Source: an uncultured delta proteobacterium
GTDB lineage: Bacteria > Myxococcota_A > Polyangia > Polyangiales > Polyangiaceae
Direction of reading: 5' to 3'
Length of the DNA stretch: 64,000 nucleotides
Assembly: GCA_963716725.1 (NCBI GenBank)
Contig: CAVQUB010000011.1
Span: 192,001 to 256,000, forward strand
Below the pieces are notes generated by a model. That model ran no database searches, was not told the origin of the DNA, and saw only the letters and a list, made by a program, of their open reading frames with translations. Made by a program: the position numbers and the translations under genes. Shown here piece by piece: positions 60,879 through 64,000 of the stretch. The first letter of the stretch is position 1. Each line of letters opens with the position of its first letter.

Positions 60879-61835
60879 ATGATGCGCCTGACGACCCCTC
60901 TCCTGTGTGCGCTCGTGATGACCGCCGGCTGCGGTGACGACGGCTCGAGCGGTGGCGGCGGCGGCTCCAACGCTGGCGGCGCCGCCGGCAACGACGCCGG
61001 CGCCACGGGCGGGGCCGCGGGCGCAGGGGCGACCGGCGGAGCGGCGGGCAGTGGCGGAATCGCTGGCTCGGGCGGCAGCGCGGGCAGCGGCGGCAGCGGC
61101 GGCAGCGGCGGTAGCGGCGGTAGCGGCGGTAGCGGCGGTAGCGGCGGTAGCGGCGGTAGCACCCTCAGCTGCATGCAGGAGCTCGACAAGCGCGGCGTCG
61201 GCTACACCACGACCACTGCCAAGGGGGTGGTCGACGCAGTGAAGCTCAGCGGGCAACTCAACGGCGTGTTGATCGCGAAGACCAACACGAATCAGGTCGC
61301 TACCGATCCCATGGCCTGCGAGTTTGTCCTGTACCTGTGGGAAATGGCCGAGGTGCTCAAGGCCCACGGCATTCACAAGATCGGAACCCTCGGTTCGTAT
61401 TGTTATCGCTGCTGCTGCGCGTGGTCGCAAACCAACTTCTGCCGCGGCCCGAGCGATCCCGAGCCCGACTGCAGCGTGGCGCCCTACAAAGGCTACTCGA
61501 ACCACTCCTGGGGCCGCGCCGTCGACATCCGTTACCTCTACAAGGACTCGGGACAGATTTACGACATCGAAAACCCAGCCCACTGGGTCGAGTGGCCAAC
61601 CGCGTCCGAGACTTGTACCAAGGGCCTGGCGGCGCAGACGGGCATCAGCAAAGAGCTGTACTCGCTGGCATGCGAGCTGTCTGCCAAGCACGTCTTCGGC
61701 TCGATCCTCACGCCAAACTACAACTCGGCGCATCGGAACCACTTCCACTGCGACATCGGCCAGAAGGGCGCCCCAACTGGCTGGAACGTGCTGTCGAGCG
61801 AGGCCAGCGTGGACGTGGGGCCGGGCGACGAATAG
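60879..61835 (+). CDS. Lipoprotein with Gly/Ser linker and Extensin-like C-terminal (peptidase M15-like) domain
   Basis: Lipobox TAGC, GSY, SNHSWGRAVDI (H-x6-D), LTPNYNSAHRNHFHCD (HxH). Confidence 0.85.
   Translation: MMRLTTPLLCALVMTAGCGDDGSSGGGGGSNAGGAAGNDAGATGGAAGAGATGGAAGSGGIAGSGGSAGSGGSGGSGGSGGSGGSGGSGGSGGSTLSCMQELDKRGVGYTTTTAKGVVDAVKLSGQLNGVLIAKTNTNQVATDPMACEFVLYLWEMAEVLKAHGIHKIGTLGSYCYRCCCAWSQTNFCRGPSDPEPDCSVAPYKGYSNHSWGRAVDIRYLYKDSGQIYDIENPAHWVEWPTASETCTKGLAAQTGISKELYSLACELSAKHVFGSILTPNYNSAHRNHFHCDIGQKGAPTGWNVLSSEASVDVGPGDE
61071..61160 (+). repeat. Coding 9-bp tandem repeat (GGCGGYAGC) encoding (GGS)n
   Basis: Read directly. Confidence 0.9.
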
Positions 61836-61896
61836 CGCGATCTCTTGGTTGGTCCCCAGTCACGACGATCGCCCCACCCTCGCCTGAGGCAGCGCA

Positions 61897-61927
61897 GGGC
61901 GATCGGATCGTTACCGACCGATCGCCC
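61897..61927. terminator. Stem-loop between convergent genes
   Basis: GGGCGATCGG...CCGATCGCCC, 10-bp perfect stem. Confidence 0.55.
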
Positions 61928-61949
61928 CACACCGGAGCCATGTGCGCCC

Positions 61950-62078
61950 TCAGGGCGTGAGGCCGAATAGACCGAATAGCGCCAGGCCGATCAGGACGGC
62001 GGGGATCACCACCCACAGCAGGGTGGCGATCTTCGAGTCCTGCGCCTGAACGGGCGCGGGTCGGGGTGCAGTGCTCAT
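61950..62078 (-). CDS. Small (42 aa) single-TM membrane protein, absent from the ORF track
   Basis: MSTAPRPAPVQAQDSKIATLLWVVIPAVLIGLALFGLFGLTP*; GGAGG six bases before the ATG. Confidence 0.7.
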   Translation of the reverse strand: MSTAPRPAPVQAQDSKIATLLWVVIPAVLIGLALFGLFGLTP

Positions 62079-62210
62079 CTTGAGCCTCCGTGGTTTTCGA
62101 GAATCAGCGATTCACTACGTTTCGCCGCTGAACGACGATGCGGATCGCATCGCGACGCGCTCATCCCTTCGGAGAGCTGGGTCGCGCGCGGAGATGAAAC
62201 CCTGCGCACT

Positions 62211-62627
62211 TCAGACGCGAGCGGAGGCGGCTGGCAGCTCCGGCGGAGCGGTGCGTCGACAGGAGCGGCGGATCGACGCTCGCCGATCGCGCAGCCACAC
62301 GCGGGGCGCGAACGCGACAGCAGCGCCGTCGCTCAGCTCCGGGCGCGGCGACCAGAGCTTGGTCGACGTCGATGGCGCGCCGAGTTCGAGCCGGAACTGC
62401 GACGGCTCAACGGCCAGCGGGGCGGCAGTCTGAGCCGCGCGGATCTCGGTGTCGTGGCCGATCGGATCGGAGATCGTGCTGGTGGCCCAGAGCGACTCGA
62501 ACCACTCGGGCAGGCGCGGCGGGGCGGCGGTCGCTGCGACCAGCACCAGGAGCAACAGGGACGCGACCCAGCGACGCACGACGGAGATCTGCGCCAGCCC
62601 CAAGGAGCTGTCAAACTGGGCGGCCAT
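62211..62627 (-). CDS. Hypothetical protein with N-terminal hydrophobic signal
   Basis: VRRWVASLLLLVLVAATAA, then a low-structure body and an Arg-rich end RRTAPP; start uncertain. Confidence 0.5.
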   Translation of the reverse strand: MAAQFDSSLGLAQISVVRRWVASLLLLVLVAATAAPPRLPEWFESLWATSTISDPIGHDTEIRAAQTAAPLAVEPSQFRLELGAPSTSTKLWSPRPELSDGAAVAFAPRVWLRDRRASIRRSCRRTAPPELPAASARV

Positions 62628-62685
62628 TGGGCCACGTGGTGCGCGGTCCTCCGCGCCTATCCGCCTGGTCGAGCCAGCTGGTCGC

Positions 62686-64000
62686 TCAGCGCTCGTCTTC
62701 CAGGGGCGCGAGCAGGCTCTCGACGTCGTCGGGCAAAAGGCGGACCGTGCCGACCTCCTTGCCGAACAGCATGTCCGCCAGCGCACGCTTCTTCTGTTGC
62801 AGCTCGAGCATGCGCTCTTCCACACTGCCCGCAACGACCAGATTGTGAACGAACACGGGCTGGGTCTGCCCGATGCGGTGCGCGCGGTCCGTGGCCTGCA
62901 GCTGCGCGGCGGCGTTCCACCACGGGTCGTAGTGGATCACCGTGTCGGCCCGGGTCAGCGTGAGCCCGGTGCCGCCCGCCTTGAGGCTGATCAAGAACAC
63001 GTCGACTTCGCCCTCCTGAAAAGAATCGACGAGCTTGTGCCGCTCTTCCGAGGCGCCGGTGAGGGTGACGTGCTTGACGCCGCGTGCCCGGAGCTCGTCG
63101 GACAGGAGGGCGAGCATGCGGGCGAACTGCGAGAACACCAGCACGCGTCGACCGCGGCCGAGCTCTTCGGAGAGAAATGAGTGGAAGGCCTCGGCCTTGG
63201 CGCTGGTCTTCACCTCGCGCGCCGCGTCGACCTTGACCAAGCGAGGATCGCAGCAGACCTGCCGCAGCTTGGTGAGCGCGTCGAGGATCATCAGGCTCGA
63301 GGCCTCGAAGCCCTGCTGCCGGATCGCCGACCGGACCTCGGCGTGGGCTGCCACGCGGATGCTCTCGTACAGATCGCGCTGCTCTTGGCCGAAGCTGACG
63401 TAGCGCGTCAGCTCGGTCTTGGGGGGCAAATCCCGGGCGACGGTCTCCTTGAGCCGCCGAAGCACGAAGGGCGAGACGCGTGAGCGGAGCGCGAGCAGGC
63501 GAGTCTCGTTGCCCTCGCGCTCGATCGGGTAGCGGAAACCCGTGCGGAAGCGCTGCGCGTTGCCGAGCAGGCCCGGCATCACGAACTCGAACAGGCTCCA
63601 GAGCTCGTCGAGGTTGTTCTCGACGGGCGTACCGGTCAGCGCGAGACGGTGACGTGCGCGCAGCGTGCGCACGGCCTGACTGGCCTGGCTCCGCGCGTTC
63701 TTGATGGCCTGTGCCTCGTCGAGGATCACGTAGTGGAACTCGTGCTCGTGAAAGCGCGAGAGATCCCGCGAGAGCACCGAGTAGGTCGTGAGCACGACGT
63801 CAGTGGCAGCGACTTTGTGGAACTCGGCGTGGCGCTTGCCTCCGTGCAACACCAGCACCCGCAGGTGCGGCGCGAACTGCGCGATCTGCCGGCGCCAGCC
63901 CTCGATCAGGCTGGTCGGCACGATCACCAGTGCGGGCAGGTCCATGCGCCGCTGCTCCTTCTCGATGGCGAGCAGCGCGATGGTCTGCAGCGTCTTACCG
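62686..64000 (-). CDS. SNF2-family helicase, 5'-truncated by the window edge
   Basis: GKTLQT at the edge, LDEAQAIKN, LTGTPVEN, LRRLK, FSQF, SLKAGGTGL, QATDRAHRIGQ. Confidence 0.96.
   Translation of the reverse strand, partial: GKTLQTIALLAIEKEQRRMDLPALVIVPTSLIEGWRRQIAQFAPHLRVLVLHGGKRHAEFHKVAATDVVLTTYSVLSRDLSRFHEHEFHYVILDEAQAIKNARSQASQAVRTLRARHRLALTGTPVENNLDELWSLFEFVMPGLLGNAQRFRTGFRYPIEREGNETRLLALRSRVSPFVLRRLKETVARDLPPKTELTRYVSFGQEQRDLYESIRVAAHAEVRSAIRQQGFEASSLMILDALTKLRQVCCDPRLVKVDAAREVKTSAKAEAFHSFLSEELGRGRRVLVFSQFARMLALLSDELRARGVKHVTLTGASEERHKLVDSFQEGEVDVFLISLKAGGTGLTLTRADTVIHYDPWWNAAAQLQATDRAHRIGQTQPVFVHNLVVAGSVEERMLELQQKKRALADMLFGKEVGTVRLLPDDVESLLAPLEDER

Noticed and set aside
62686..64000. 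SNF2 helicase as part of an anti-phage system
   Set aside because: No DNA methylase, nuclease or other defence gene adjacent within the window; consistent with the common stand-alone bacterial SNF2. The upstream context is not visible.

Overview
A very GC-rich bacterial chromosomal segment. The gene repertoire points to a myxobacterium, probably Polyangiaceae-like (inference): giant TPR proteins, Gly/Ser-linker lipoproteins, a PEGA protein, a Hanks-type kinase and an ECF/caspase operon. About 45 genes and one tRNA-Leu(GAG) are supported, and most of the six-frame ORF track is shadow ORFs. I saw no integrase, transposase, prophage or CRISPR array. Recognisable genes include pbpC with alpha-2-macroglobulin, a Cys/Met PLP lyase, rpsU, moaB, ggt, a GST, pfkA, msrA, frmA, thrC and a partial SNF2 helicase. 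The best candidate for an undescribed system is a four-gene operon (27263-30946): lipoprotein, ECF sigma, ZAS anti-sigma and an exported caspase with a beta-barrel-like tail. The caspase and the anti-sigma share a T-R-x-K-G motif that may be a cleavage site. The second candidate is a sensor-less sigma-54 activator flanked by a pseudo-receiver and a methyltransferase, with three well-placed -24/-12 promoters nearby, one of them ahead of the A2M-pbpC operon. Also noted: three giant TPR proteins sharing an inactive M48-like C-terminal domain, an unannotated 42-aa membrane protein behind a structured leader, an apparent leaderless-promoter pattern, and two single-base frameshifts that may be assembly errors. 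All family calls come from motif recognition by eye; no searches were run.
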